NCBI GenBank assembly: GCA_964016885.1
Contig: OZ024742.1
Span: 38,688,001 to 38,752,000, forward strand
From: Eledone cirrhosa
Lineage: Eukaryota
Direction: 5' to 3'
Length of the DNA: 64,000 nt
In this document: positions 43,947 through 58,048 of the stretch, piece by piece
How positions within the stretch are numbered: position 1 is the first letter of the stretch
How the letters are laid out: the number at the start of each line of letters is the position of its first letter
Made by a program: the position numbers and the translations under genes
Notes under the pieces: model-generated
What the model was told of the DNA's origin: nothing
Databases searched by the model: none
The model's input: only the letters and a program-made list of their open reading frames with translations

Positions 43947-44556
43947 AATTTCGTCAGCTGCTTATGCAATCATTGGTGCAGTTATGCAATCATTGTGATA
44001 TGCCGGTGGCCATGCACGTCCATCCAGTGGTGAGGTGGTTCGGCATGATGGTGATTTAATCCCGTCTTAACGGATTGGCAGTATCGGTAGGGGGTTGGAC
44101 ACCATACTTTGATGCATAGAATTACGGCCCTTGCCATTCTGAGTTCAAATCCAGCCGAGGTTAACTTTGCCTTTCATCCTTACGAGGTCGATAAAATAAA
44201 GTACCAGTAATGCGCTGGGATAATTGCTGGCCTTGTGCCAAAAGTAGAAACAATTATTTGATAAATGAATACTCCGTCACTCAATATCACCTACCTGGGA
44301 TAAACTACTGACGTAGGACCTGCTTTGGATCGCTCGGACCTACTTATCATCAGGAAGTTACTACGTAACAACTAACATAAACAACACACTTGTACAACTA
44401 TATATATATATATATATAAGCAGAAGGGATATTGAACTTGTTGGTAATTCAACAAATATAAATGTTTATAACTGATTCAGAGCACTCTACAAGTTTTCTG
44501 GAGTATAATATACAATGATATTAAATAAATGAAAACTATATTTATAAAACCATATT

Positions 44557-44617
44557 TATTCTATTATATATATTTCAAGGGTACCAAAGTTTTGGCACGC
44601 TATCATCAGATAAAATA
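44557..44617 (-). ncRNA. Type I hammerhead ribozyme (inverted twin 53230-53290, +)
   Basis: UAUUUUAU-CUGAUGA-UAG.GUGCCAAA/UUUGGUAC.CUU-GAA-AUAUAUAU-A-AUAGAAUA. Confidence 0.78.
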
Positions 44618-45745
44618 CGAAGTGTGTTTTATAAATTTTGACTTAACCAAGGAGAATATACCTTAACGGTTCAAATTATCCTTGGACAGTGAAGGGATAA
44701 GAGAAGAAAAGTCAGATATTTCAAATTATTAAGATGAGTATGCAAATGAGGTTTAGGTAAAAGGGATGAATAAAAACGTTATTTTAGACACTATGGAAAA
44801 TTTAAATAATTATGATAAGTTATTGTATGCGTAGGAAAGAAGAGAAAGGAAGAAGAGCCAGCATTTACGTTAATTTGGGGGAAAAAATTTATTTACCTAT
44901 ATTATGAGTTATAACATTGTATATATAATCAATTAGATTATATGAAGAATTATGGTTGTAAGTATCTTATTACATTACGATAGGTTATATGTATATAAAT
45001 ATCTATATATATATTAATAAATTGCGTATGTATTAGTTGTTTATATATCAAATATGAGTTACGAAGGATGTTAATTTGTATTTTACTTAAAAATAGGTGG
45101 TTCAAGTTGTGAGAGTAGAATAATTTGTGGATTAAAAAATGTTGTTCAACATTGAAAGTATTTTCAGAAAATTGTTAATTTAGCGAAGTTATACAGATTA
45201 TCAAACATAATATGTTTATGTTTGCACGATTGAGAAAGGACAGATAACTCCAATTTTGTTTGTTAACCATTAAATTAGATGAATGATTTACTCCAAAATA
45301 TATAGAGAAAATTATATATTATTTTGTGTGAGATCCATTATTTTAGTTGAAGACGTGTGAATGTTTGAATAACAAAAAGAGAGAGGAAAAATGTAATGTG
45401 TTTTTCGAAGATCTATCGCAAAGAGGATAAATTTTCAGAATGTCATTTAAAGATTATCAATCTACATCTAAAAATATATTTAGAGGGGTGTCCTTAGAAA
45501 AATAATGTTGGAATTAAAAATAATGTCAGAATTAAAATAATATCAGAAATTAAAATATTAAATACTAGCAGAAGTGCCCGGCGTTGCTCGGAGTTTAATT
45601 GCTTTAAAGTACTTTTAATGATTCCACTCAATTATGAATATTGAGGCATTGAAAGTAAATACGGGTAAGTTTGAAAATATACAACAATAGCATCTACTCA
45701 CCATATGTCAGACCGGCAAGACTGCAGTGGTGCTGAATAGAGGAG

Positions 45746-48700
45746 TCACAACACCTCTCTGTAGACCACATTTTTGTTCTGCCTTTGGGCGCAAGTATGA
45801 ATAAGTTCTGCTTGCATCCCACTGTTGAGCATGCGACGTATAATTGGCCGTGTGAGAAGCACGGCTGGGCTAAATGCAGGCCTGCCGTTGATAGCGTTTG
45901 GCCTTGGGACTTGTTGATTGACATCGCGAAGCAAAGTTTAACGGGGAATTGAAGTCGGCGCAGAGTACAGGGGCATTCCATACCTGATGGAGTTAATGGT
46001 ATTCTGGGTATGAAGACGTTTTCTCCAGCGCCGCAGCCCATGAGAATTGTGGCTTTAATTACATGCGGCAGGAGGTTTCTTACCACTAACCGTGTTCCGT
46101 TGCAGAGACGTGGTGGTTCCAGGTTCCTCAACAGCATCACTGGAGACCCAACTTTGACGCGCAGTTCATGAGGTGGCAGTCCAGAGAGGTCCAAGGAATT
46201 GAGGAATTCTGTTGGAAAATCGTCAACCTCATCTTTGACCCCCACTTTGTCCACAGATTTGTAGGTACGGAGGTTTCTAGGAATGCGTTGCAGAAGGTCC
46301 TCATTGATTTTTGCAACTTTGACATTTTTGGGAGCCAATATGGCTCTATCGCATAGCCAACTCGTGTTTTTGTAGTTGGTCGCCATATCGGGAAAGACAG
46401 AGACTGTGAGGTCGTCAACAGTGTCGACAACGGTGCCTACTTGCGAGACTGCCATTTCTTCAGCTGCATCTGAAGGTGCAGTGCCGTCACCAACTGTTAA
46501 GAGGTCCTTTGAGAAGTCGGCTGCTGAGTGGTCGCCGAGCAGTTGGGCTCTCATGTTTGTTGTGAGGGTCAGGATTGTCACTTCCTGCCACAGGGGAGAT
46601 GACTTAATGCAAGCCCCCACAGTGTCGGCCCTGGTGGCTTTTGGAACAACTGGAAGAGTTTGTCGAAAATCGCCAAACAGCAGTAGAGGGACTCCTCCCA
46701 TCGGCTGGTAGCATTCCCTGATGTCTCGTAGGGTCCTGTCTAACACCTCAAGGGACCCTTTATGGGCCATTGTGCATTCGTTCCAGACAATTAGGTGGCA
46801 TCTTTTCAAGACTTCAGCTTTGTCAGAGTCCTTGGTGATGTTGCAGGTTATTGTGTCGTCTGAAGTCGTGTTGAATGGCAGTTTAAATGCGGAATGAGCT
46901 GTCCTATCACCAGGCATCAGAGTTGCGGCATGCCAGAAGAAGCCACAGCCAGGGCGATTCCTTTCTGCTGTCGCACTTTGGCGAGGAGGAGTTTATTGAC
47001 GAATGTTTTACCAGTTCCTCCTGGGGCGTCCAAAAAAAAGATACCTCCTCTGCGTTGACGAATGGGAGTGCAAACTGTGTGTTACGCCTGCCGTTGGTCC
47101 TGCAACAATTTCGGCTCGTTTTCGTTGATGAACAGTTCGAGGGCGTGGACGTCGTAGGCAGTTTTCCTGAATTATGCCCGTCGGAAGTTTGTCGGAGCCC
47201 GTTCGCTGAACTTTTGGCAGTCCATAGAATGGAAGGTCATTTCCGCCGGCAGTTAGGATTTTGTCCTCGATGTCAATGAGAGCTTTGTTGAAGAATTCGT
47301 CGCTGAGTCGTACGTCGGAATGAGGGAGTAGCAGTTGTCCTTGGTGTATGTAGTCATCGGAAAGGTCCTCTTTGTATTTGTCCCATAAGGATGCAGGGTC
47401 GCTTAACTCGCATGTCTGCAGTAGCACCGCAAAGAGTTGCCGAAGAGTTCGCGCTGAGCCTATTGTAGCTGCCTCCGCCAATGTCGCATCCCACTGAGCG
47501 CCATTTTCCAGTAGACCCCATCTAAGGCAGGCTGCGCGGAATGAAGTACAAAGCTCTCCGTTGATTGTTTTCAGATCGTCGAAAGATGTCGGTCCTACCA
47601 GGTCATGCAGTAGAAGGCGGAGATACAAGCATTCCTGTTGGTTAGGATGAATGGTGTACACTCTCCCAAGGGTAGGGGACATTTTAATGTCTGGATGTCC
47701 CTCGACGGGTTGTCCTTTCACCCTTCTTAACCAAGTTCTGTTGTCTGTGTTCCATGTGTAGTATGATGGCACCTAAGAGTAGAAGATGGTCTTGGCGAAG
47801 AGATCGTTTCGGCATAACTTAAAAAATGCCGTAAGTGTGGTGTCCTTGGGTTCCTCTGCTATCTCAGCAGTGGTGGAGGCGGTGAAGTAGACTCTTTGAC
47901 CGTTTTCAAGGTACACCGCCAACTGTTTGATTGGGGGGTAGTTATGGTGTATTGCAAAGTGGAAGAATCGCCAGAACGCTTCATTGCTGCTGATGTATCG
48001 GCCGACCTGGTATCGAGTTACTTCGTCTCGGTTGTTCTCCATTGTAAGACCAAAGGACGCAGCATCGGACCCCTTATTGACATACTTGCAGACGTACTTT
48101 ATCGATTTGACGGAGTGGCAGTATTCAACGTTAATGTGGGCGTTAAACAATTTAAGCAGAAGTGGGCAGTAAGGTACAATCCACCGGTTGTCGACGTTGT
48201 GATGTAGTGTTTTCGCAACAATTCCTCCGTCCGCTGGCTCCCTGCGGCGGTATAATGGATAACCGTCGCCACCTGTCCGAGTTTCTCGGAGGAATGGCCT
48301 AGGATACCTCTTGGTGCACCTTATTTCTTTAACGCATGGCGAATTCATGTTGAAACCGTTTCCGCATGGCCCATGAACCATGTGAACAGTGACGATGTTG
48401 TGGAGTTCTCTGTCCAATTTTGGGTCGGGTATTTCTGCTGAAATAATGCTGTCAATGCTGCTTGCGTTGATTTTCGTTATCAGCCAAATGAGTAGGTGAG
48501 CGTGTGGCTGGCCTCTCTTTTGCCACTCAACGGTGTATACGTAGCACCTAACAGGTCCAAAGGCCTTACCTGATTTTAGGAGTTCAATAAGTTTTGTCAA
48601 CTTCAAGTGAAATACTCGTGCCGTAAGATCGTGTCTGTCTGACGCCCTTTATCCGGGGAATAATTCCGCGGTAATTTCATTCCACTTAGGGTTGCATGTT

Positions 48701-50379
48701 GAAGTGATGAAGAAATCCGGTCTGCCGTAGAGACGCACGTACGTCATAGCATCCTGTGTGCGTTCACTCATGTATCGGGGACTCCCAATGAAGGTCGACG
48801 GAAGGATACAATGTTTTCCTAGGTTCTCGGGATCGACGTCATTCCTTACTCCATCCCGTAAGTGAATGTAGCTGTCCGAACGAAGGCGTGCTTGATTGTT
48901 CCTTATGTAGCACAGCCTTTCAGATTCCATCTTTGCGCACGCGTCTACAGCAAGCTGGTTGAAGAGTACTCTTGCACGGTGGAGTTGGTTAAAGCAGCAT
49001 TCGCAGACCATGAATCGGTAGGTGTAGAATTGCATAGAGGAAACAGTTTTGTTGCTGGTGCACAAAGGAATTCCAAAGCGGTATCCGTCGTCACCGAATG
49101 GGAAAAGTAGGGGATATTGGAATGCGTCGTAGGACCTATGCGTCTCGCTGATACGTTGCAGACTATTGTCCCTACACTGAAGTATGATGTCCCGCTTGTT
49201 GTACTGTTCTCCATGAAGAAGCACAGCTATTTCATTGCACGTGGGAGTGTTAAAACGTCTGGCGTGGGTGCCTGGTGGTTTCCTGTCAGCGTCGATTATA
49301 GCAGAAAAATTTGGCAACGGAGCAGCCTCCAATGCGCATTTAAAACTGCGAATGTTGTTGTTTTCGTGCAGCATTCTCTGGAGTTGCAACAGAATTTTCA
49401 TGTCCATGCCAGGCGAAATTGAAGCGCGTCGTTCCGCTTGGTCCAAATAGTCAGTGACAAAGTATAGCTGTAGGAACAGGGGCTGTCCGTCTGTCGTGGG
49501 CAGTAGCGAACCGATTCTGTGGTAAATTTGTCCTTGAACTTTAAAGGTAGGCATGAAGCCCTCCTCGCGTATGAAGTTAGCTCCAAAAGAGGTAATTTGG
49601 AAGGCAGCGTTGTATCTCCTGGAACATCGAAGGAAGTGTTCCGACTCCACTGTGGCAGTAGAGACCGGTCAGTAGAGACTTCAAAGGTTGTGGTGGTTCC
49701 TGTGGAGGAGGCAGTTTCACTTTGCCGTCAGAGCAGCACATCCCTGAAGTCTCCCCAGGCCATTTTTTTGCCCGACAATATTGGCAAATGACAGATATGG
49801 ATCCAATCTGAACTTCTGGTATCAGTGCATAGTTTACTGTTGGGTCATAGTGGAAAGCCTTATGAGACCACTGAGTGCAACTGATCCTCTGTGTACCTCG
49901 TTTAGCACTCCTGCGGAGTGCGTTGGCGTTGGCGTTTGTAATTGAATTTGCGCAGTCTCTGATGCGCGAACGGAAGCTGTTGAAGCGGCGTCCATACGTT
50001 GACGTCTTGAACGCTGCCCTTTATCCTCGGCAGCATGTGACGCAGCAGTTGAGGCGACATCTCTTCGTCGTCGACTGTAACGGTGTTCTTCGTCCTCACC
50101 GTCACGTGCCGCAGCGGTAGAGGCCGCATTTTTGCTTCGTCGTCGAGAATGTTGTTCATCAGTTTGCGCTGCACGTGCAACTGCAGTTACAAATGCATTT
50201 CCGGAAAGGCGGATGCTCCTCTTCTTTTCTGTCTCGGTTGCCCGGGTAATTGCATTTTGAGTTGCCTTTTGTGACAACCGAGTCAATTTTTCTACGGACA
50301 ACTCTGTAGCTCTTCTTTGTTTGGCAGCAGAAGCAGCTTTAGTTTGGCGACTAAGTCGTGGTCTTTTTTGGGGTGGCAT
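45746..50379 (-). pseudogene. Helitron RepHel (HUH endonuclease plus PIF1 helicase) broken by frameshifts and stops
   Basis: ILPSTFIGSPRYM, GRPDFFITSTCNPKW, EWQKRGQPHAHLLIW (HUH), KYVCKYVNKG (Y2), GDFRQTLPVV, RLCNGTRL, FAMSINKSQGQT across at least five ORF pieces. Confidence 0.95.
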
Positions 50380-51030
50380 GACCGTAGATTCAAAGAATGT
50401 GTTTGGTAGCGAAAATGTTTAAATGAACTTTGAATTAGTTTAAAGTGAGTACTATATTGTAGCAGGACCGAACACGTAAATATTTATGCAGGTAATGGAG
50501 CCCGAAAGGGGGAGTAGCCAAAACTTTCAATTGAACGGTGAGTAAGTGGAAAGTGAGTACTAAGTAAGATCTATGAAAAATGCACGTCAAATAATAGGTC
50601 AAACCTGTAAGCCAAGCTTGTCTGAGTTATAGCACAAAAGAGCGTAAACAGGGGCGTCATTTTGGACCACACTGGAAAATAAATCATCGAAATCGGACGT
50701 TCGTTAAAAAAGTTTTCTCATTAATTTTTTGTCTCATATTGAGAAAAGCAAAGAAAGAAAAATTACAAAAAGGACAACAATAAAATATAATGTCTTTGTT
50801 GAGATTCAAGTAAATGAACGCTTAAGCGTCGTTATTGTTACGTTTGTTGTTTTATAAATTCATCTGTTGCTTTTGAATATTTGTTATTTGATGTAAAATG
50901 TAACATTGAGAGAGCAGATTGTATTTAGTGTTATCGGCTTTTTAAATTTTGATATTTGATGTATGACGAACGAAGAAGGTGAATAATCTATTATAGAGAG
51001 AGAAGATTTGTCGTTGTTCTAAACTGTAAT

Positions 51031-51226
51031 GGAGACGGAGGCAGTAACCTTTTAAAGAGAGTTGCAGAGGAGATTGAGGGTAGTGAGAGGAATGAAGCGT
51101 GTAAGAGAGAGGGTTATCAAAGTTTGTGTCGCGTTCCTTCAGAGACGGAGGCAGTAACCTTTTAAAGAGAGTTGCGGAGGAGATTGAGGGTAGTGTGAGG
51201 AATGAAGCGTGTAAGAGAGAGGGTTA
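51031..51226. repeat. Two direct copies of about 85 bp in the Helitron 5' region
   Basis: gagacggaggcagtaacctttt...gagagagggtta at 51032 and 51142. Confidence 0.9.
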
Positions 51227-51574
51227 CAGCATGTATTTAGTTTTATCGATTTTTTTCATAGAAGCAGGATACTTTTGGCAAAAGTAATTACGCGTTGACC
51301 TGCCCTGGTAAATTTGGAGCACATTGGAAGAAAATCATCAAAATCGGTAGAGAAATGTGGAGATGCATAAAAATCATACACACACACACAGACAGACATC
51401 TACCGTTTTATATATATACTAAAAAATATTATAAATATTAGAGATATTAAAAAATTTTAGAAATATTAAAAATAATAAAAAATATAAAAAATATTAAAAA
51501 TATTAAAAATATTAAAAACAATTTACATTTAAATTTTTAAAAAGGTAGGATCATTTTGAAGGTGTATAGGAATA

Positions 51575-52700
51575 TTATAAATTAAAAATAGTTCTGAACG
51601 TGGAATTTTGGCGATGTTTGCAAGAAGAAAATAATTCTGTTCTGAGATTAATAGTTTTGACAGTTAATTATATAAAAAATGTCTTCGATACACAATTTAC
51701 AGAATCTTGATAAAGCCGTAATTCGGTACGCAGGTGCTTTCGAAATCGTTCTCCAAGATATTGAATTGTCTATATTGTTGTCTTTTAAATTCCAAATTAG
51801 ATGTGAAAGTGAAGTAGAAGATTTTTTATCAGATCTCCTAAATGTATGATTATGGTTATTCCAGCGTTCTTTAAATTTTATTGATGTGGCACCAACATAG
51901 TTAAACATTTTTTCACTAGTTTTAACTGTGCATTTATAAACTATGTTTTTGTCTAAACAATTATTTTGTAAAGGGCAGTTTTATTTGATTCTACAGTTAC
52001 ATTTACTGGAGTTATTGTTGTTCAGAACGGTACTATTATTCTGAATATTGTTGTTAGAAATATCATTATTGCTATTTTGGTTAGTTTGGTTAGGGTTTAA
52101 ATTTAAGTTTCTATTATTAATTCTATTTATATTTTGTGCTATGTTTATAGTAGTAGAGTAGGATAGTTTTATAGTGTGTCTGTTAAAAATAGAGTGGTAT
52201 CTGTGGGCTTTAGGAAAACATTTATCTAGTGCTTTAAAGAATAGCTTTGCTAAAGGTGTTTTAACGCTTAATGAGAATGGGGGAGAGTACCAAATAATAT
52301 TTCTAGTTCTAGTTTTTTTGTTTGGTTTAGTGTTTAAGTTAATACTAGGATGATATATCATGTTATTGTTATCTATGTATTTAATTCTATTTGTATATCC
52401 TGCTCTATGTAAAGCTTCATTATAATATTCAGCCTTATCATCAAAAATATTTTTATTACCGTGTTGGACGCTATTGACAATAGTGTTTTTAATACTTCTA
52501 GGATGATTAGAATTGAAACTTACATAATTTAGATTTTCGTTAATTTTATGGAAAGGATAGTTAAGACCTGTGCTAAGGTTTAAAGTTACATCTAAGAAGT
52601 TAACGATTTTGTAGTTATTCTCCATTTCTAAGTTAAGATTGTAGTTGTTGAAAAATTGTATTATGGATTTTCTTTTCCTATTAATTTTACTATTGCTATG
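51575..52700 (-). pseudogene. PLE RT C-terminus and GIY-YIG endonuclease
   Basis: VNFLDVTLNL, SNHP, IIWYSPPFS, CNCRIK*NCPLQNNC..IVYKCTV..YVGAT..FKERWNNH..CKLCIED; in-frame TAA at 51981. Confidence 0.9.
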
Positions 52701-53359
52701 GTTGAACAACATTTTTTAATCCACAAATTGTTCTACTCTCACAACTTGAACCACCTATTTTTAAGTAAAATACAAAATCAACACCCTTCGTAACTCATAT
52801 TTGATATATAAACAACTAATACATACGCAATTTATTAATATATATATAGATATTTATATACATATAACCTATCGTAATGTAATAAGATACTTACAACCAT
52901 AATTCTTCATATAATCTAATTGATTATATATACAATATTATAACTCATAATATAGGTAAATAAATTTTTTCCCCCAAATTAACGTAAATGCTGGCTCTTC
53001 TTCCTTTCTCTTCTTTCCTACGCATACAATAACTTATCATAATTATTTAAATTTTCCATAGTGTCTAAAATAACGTTTTTTTTTCAGCCCTTTTACCTAA
53101 ACCTCATTTGCATCTTAATAATTTAAAATATCTGACTTTTCTTCTCTTATCCCTTCACTATCCAAGGATAATTTGAACCGTTAAGGTATATTCTCCTTGG
53201 TTAAGTCAAAATTTATAAAACACACTTCGTATTTTATCTGATGATAGCGTGCCAAAACTTTGGTACCCTTGAAATATATATAATAGAATAAATATGGTTT
53301 TATAAATATAGTTTCCATTTATTTAATATCATTGTATATATGTATATATATATATATAT

Positions 53360-53938
53360 AGTAATAATAATAAAACTGAAGACTAAAATCCAAAGAGGGC
53401 TCGATAAGGAAAATATATATCAAATATATAGGAACCGTAGAGCAAATATTTATTAAAATAACAGATTAAAGTTTAAGCAAAGAATCGCTGCTTTCACCCT
53501 TAACGGGATCTTCTGAAACTAACAAAGTCAATCTGTAAACGCAGAACTGGATATTTAAAAAAACGTTGCAACCGGAGGAAGACAGGAAGACGATACTTTG
53601 GTTCGTGGTAACGTTCGCTGGCAAAGAACGGGAAAAAACGAATAATACGTCATTAATAGGAGCGGTGAAAAACAATTACGCGCAAAGACAGAACCACGTT
53701 TATGGTATAAAAGAGGTCGTAGACTAATGTTCTCTTAGGTGGTGCAAAGAGACGTTCTCTGGCAATGAACGAAAAAACGAAGATAATAAGTCATATGTGG
53801 ATCGTGGAGAACAATAGCACGCAAAGACAAAACCACGTAAATGGTATAGCAGAAGTCGTAGACTAAAATTTTAACTAGGAGACCAAATGAATCTCCGCTA
53901 CCAGCGATTCTTTGCTTAAACTTTAATCTGTTATTTTA

Positions 53939-53945
<7 letters not shown>
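53360..53945. mobile_element. Fold-back element with internal about 140-bp direct repeat (family pieces 54400-54490, 55740-55882)
   Basis: atttattaaaataacagattaaagtttaagcaaagaatcgctg at 53448 and its inverse at 53902-53944. Confidence 0.75.
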
Positions 53946-54007
<62 letters not shown>

Positions 54008-54349
54008 TATATATATATATATGTACGGAATTCCTTCCTTGCTTACATTCCAACCAGGTTTGATGGTCTTTATTCTCTCTCGTTCACGATTTCACCGAAT
54101 TTAAATTCATAGAAATTTGGGACTTGACTTCTTCTTCCTCACTTTTCGTTGCTCACCATTTTTGTTGTTTACACTCTTGTCCCCTTTATTTACGTGTCCC
54201 AACGACTTTTTTTTAGCCGTTGCTCGCACCAACCGGAGGTATATGGTCTTTAAAGCGATGAAATACCAATGATGGTTGGAAGATCACTGATGAAGGACTA
54301 ACTTTATTCATATGTAACCCATTAGCAACGCCGCAGCACGTTTATTTTC

Positions 54350-54409
<60 letters not shown>

Positions 54410-54581
54410 CAGATTGAAGTTTAAGCAAAGAATCGCTGCTTTCACTCTTAACGGCATCTTAATAAGATCCCGATAAGGGTGAAAGCAGTATAGTACTAGG
54501 AAAAACTAAATAAGAAGTTAAGATTAGAAAAGAAAAATTTATTTAGAGTTTGTTCTTTAACATGTTTAAATACAATATCAG

Positions 54582-54710
<129 letters not shown>

Positions 54711-54721
54711 ATAATATATAT

Positions 54722-55725
54722 ATTGTTATACTTTGGGAGGGTCATGTTGCCAATAAGAAACACACGCACCAGTTGCTTTCACTTCAATTTATTATATATT
54801 TATAAATTTATAAATTTACAAATCTACAAACTTATAAATTTCTGTTTGGTTGGTTGGTTCCACAACCAGATAGTTGTTTATATATAGTCATAGTCCTTTC
54901 GTCACACACTCTGTATAGCATAAGATGTACTGAAGGACAATGTAGAAACAAAAATATAGTGTACATAGGTGAGACAGCTCGTAGTATAGGGGAACGAATA
55001 AATGAACACTGGCGAGACCTTCAAAATAATAAAGAATCATCTGTGCTCTACCAACATGCTAAGATAGAGCACAGAGGTAGATTAGAGAACATAGAAATAA
55101 AAATAGAATCCACACACAGAAAAGATGCAATGTTTAGGCAAATTACAGAGGCAGTAAGCATAAAAGAATTACAACCAAAATTAAATAGAAAATATGAGTG
55201 GAACAGCAACATCACAACTTACAATTAAGGACAAAATGAAAACACACACAGGACAAAATGAAAACACACACACACATAGAACAAACAAGCAACCAACAAT
55301 AAATAAATAAATAAACAAATAGATAAATGAACACAAACACACACAGACACCCGGATGTGGCGCATGCGCAAACTGAGCACACAACACACACACAGAAACA
55401 AAATGGCATAGGATAGAAGAAAGGAAAGGTACAGAAACAAAGAAAGGAATCCCCAGTCACTGAAGAGGTCACAGAGTGTGTGACGAAAGGACTATGACTA
55501 TATATAAACAACTATCTGGTTGTGGAACCAACCAACCAACCAGAAATTTATAAGTTTGTAGATTTGTAAATTTATAAATTTATAAATATATAATAAATTG
55601 AAGTGAAAGCAACTGGTGCGTGTGTTTCTTATTGGCAACATGACCCTCCCAAAGTATAACAATATCGGTTTCAACACACGATTTCAGATAAAGAATCTTG
55701 GTAAACAAATTCAGAAACGAAATAA
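54722..55725 (+). mobile_element. 5'-inverted Penelope-like element with GIY-YIG ORF remnant (about 54914-55228)
   Basis: YSIRC...C...VYIGETARSIGERINEH...SVLYQH..EH...R.ITEAVSI....PKLN; 54722-54913 is the inverse of about 55472-55664. Confidence 0.88.
55455..55499 (+). ncRNA. Type I hammerhead ribozyme
   Basis: AGUCA-CUGAAGA-G-GUCACA/UGUGAC-GAA-AGGACU-A-UGACU. Confidence 0.78.
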
Positions 55726-55877
55726 TATATATATATATAGTAATAATAATAAATTTGAAGACTAAAATCCAAAGAGGGCTCGATAAGGATAAATATATAT
55801 CAAATATATAAGAACCGTAGAGCAAATATTTATTAAAATAACAGATTAAAGTTTAAGCAAAGAATCGCTTTAATCTG

Positions 55878-56546
<669 letters not shown>

Positions 56547-56610
56547 ATACTTGGGGAGGGTCATATTTGTGTAATATTGCCAGAATTAATAACAGAACAC
56601 ACTCACTGTT

Positions 56611-56647
<37 letters not shown>

Positions 56648-56929
56648 GTGTATATATATGCGTACTTGTGTGTATGTATATATGTAAATGTACACCCTTT
56701 TAAGTTATTATTATTTTGTTTTATTTATCCTCGCTTATTTTATATTATTTTTGCTTACTTTACTCATCTTGTCTCTCCCACGCCTATTATTTCTGCTTCA
56801 TTTCTATAAGTGTAGAACAGTTGCCTTTAGGTCCGAGTAGAACATTCTTACTGCAAGATGCAACGACCACTCCTTGAACTATGAACCTTGAACTATGCAA
56901 TTAGCGCTCGTACTGGTATTGTATTGAAA

Positions 56930-57320
56930 CAATATTGGTACAATCCACCCCACTCCTTAGGACTACAAAAAACATAGCTTGACTTTTTTTAACGCATTAG
57001 ATAAATATTTTCCTAAATCACATAAATACAGTCAAATCTTTAACCGACACACAATTAAACTTTCTTACCCAACCACCAAAAGCACAGGCCAGAATATAGC
57101 GAAGGTTAACAATAGAAATCTGGGAATTAAACACAAAGAGATAACACATAATAGCAAGCACAGAAACACTGATAGATTATACAGCAATTCGAATAACAGA
57201 GGTAACACCATTAACACAAATGAGATAAACCAACGGACACACAGACACAGGGAGGGAACAATGAATGGTAACGTAAATAATTGCAATTACAGAGATTATA
57301 AGAGTTGCCCATGGAATTAG
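56930..57320 (+). pseudogene. PLE RT C-terminal/linker fragment
   Basis: WYNPP..FFNALDKYFPKSHKYSQIFNRHTIKLSY...NCNYRDYKSCP, homologous to 51981-52712. Confidence 0.8.
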
Positions 57321-57634
57321 AACACTTAAAGGGTCATTGAATGGTATGATTTGACAGTCATATAGTTGATGTTAAAAGTTATTTTTATGGAAGCGAGGGT
57401 GGAGGGTAAGCCAACGGTCTTTTTTGTTTGCTGGTCACTAATATACATAAATTGTATTTTATAGGTCTGTGGTGCTATAGTGTGTTAATGTAGTTGTGTC
57501 TCCATCTGTGTCAGGTTGTTGGCTCTAGTTTAATTTTCATTGTCTTTTACTCTATTACTCTATTACGTGTTCCAGTCAAGTCTAAGGCCATGTTAGGGCA
57601 ACGCCATTTTGATTAATTTTTGGAGAAAATTATA

Positions 57635-57898
57635 CAGGTTCACAATCTTTTATCCGAAATTCCGGAAACTGAAAAGCTCCGAAAACCGAACATTTTTTCC
57701 AGGATGTCGTCTGCACACCAAAGCTCGTGACCTGGCGGCCATGAGCCGAGCACTCTACCACTGAGCTAGCCTGTCCCCTGTAGTGTTTTATCTAAAAAAA
57801 ACTTTAAGATCTACGCTAAAAAATCTTCCATTCCGAAATCCGAAAAATTCCGAAAGTGTCTGGACCCAGGTTTTCGGATAAGAGATTGTACATAGATG
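57635..57898. mobile_element. Tc1/pogo-like MITE containing a tRNA-like fragment
   Basis: Imperfect TIRs acaatcttttatccgaaa / tttcggataagagattgt; internal minus-strand tagctcagtggtagagtg A-box. Confidence 0.6.
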
Positions 57899-58048
57899 TA
57901 TGTTTTAGTGAGAGTATTGTGTTGGCGTGGCGTAATGGGGTAGTTCTTTGCGTAGGTTATTGGGGTGATGTTGTGGGTGTACTGTGTAATTTTGTTGGTT
58001 ATTACTGAATGGTATGTGTTGACCGTATACTTATCATTATATACGTAT

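Larger units (their letters stand above)
45565..51420 (-). mobile_element. Near full-length Helitron (5' end uncertain, 51420-51444)
   Basis: 3' end ccgagcaacgccgggcacttctgCTAG|T at 45565; 5' region tatatatataaaacggtagatgtctgtctgtgtgtg; encodes Rep-helicase. Confidence 0.92.
44418..53336 (-). mobile_element. Penelope-like element with about 640-bp inverted terminal repeats, interrupted by a Helitron
   Basis: Arms 44511-45151 and 52700-53336; tail 44418-44510; RT-thumb/GIY-YIG coding at about 51575-52700; TA-flanked. Confidence 0.88.

Noticed and set aside
45694-46917. Host PIF1 helicase gene
   Set aside because: Intronless, frameshifted, linked to a Rep HUH domain and bounded by Helitron termini.
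51981-51983. Selenocysteine or readthrough codon in the PLE ORF
   Set aside because: The codon is TAA at a non-Cys position; most likely a nonsense mutation.
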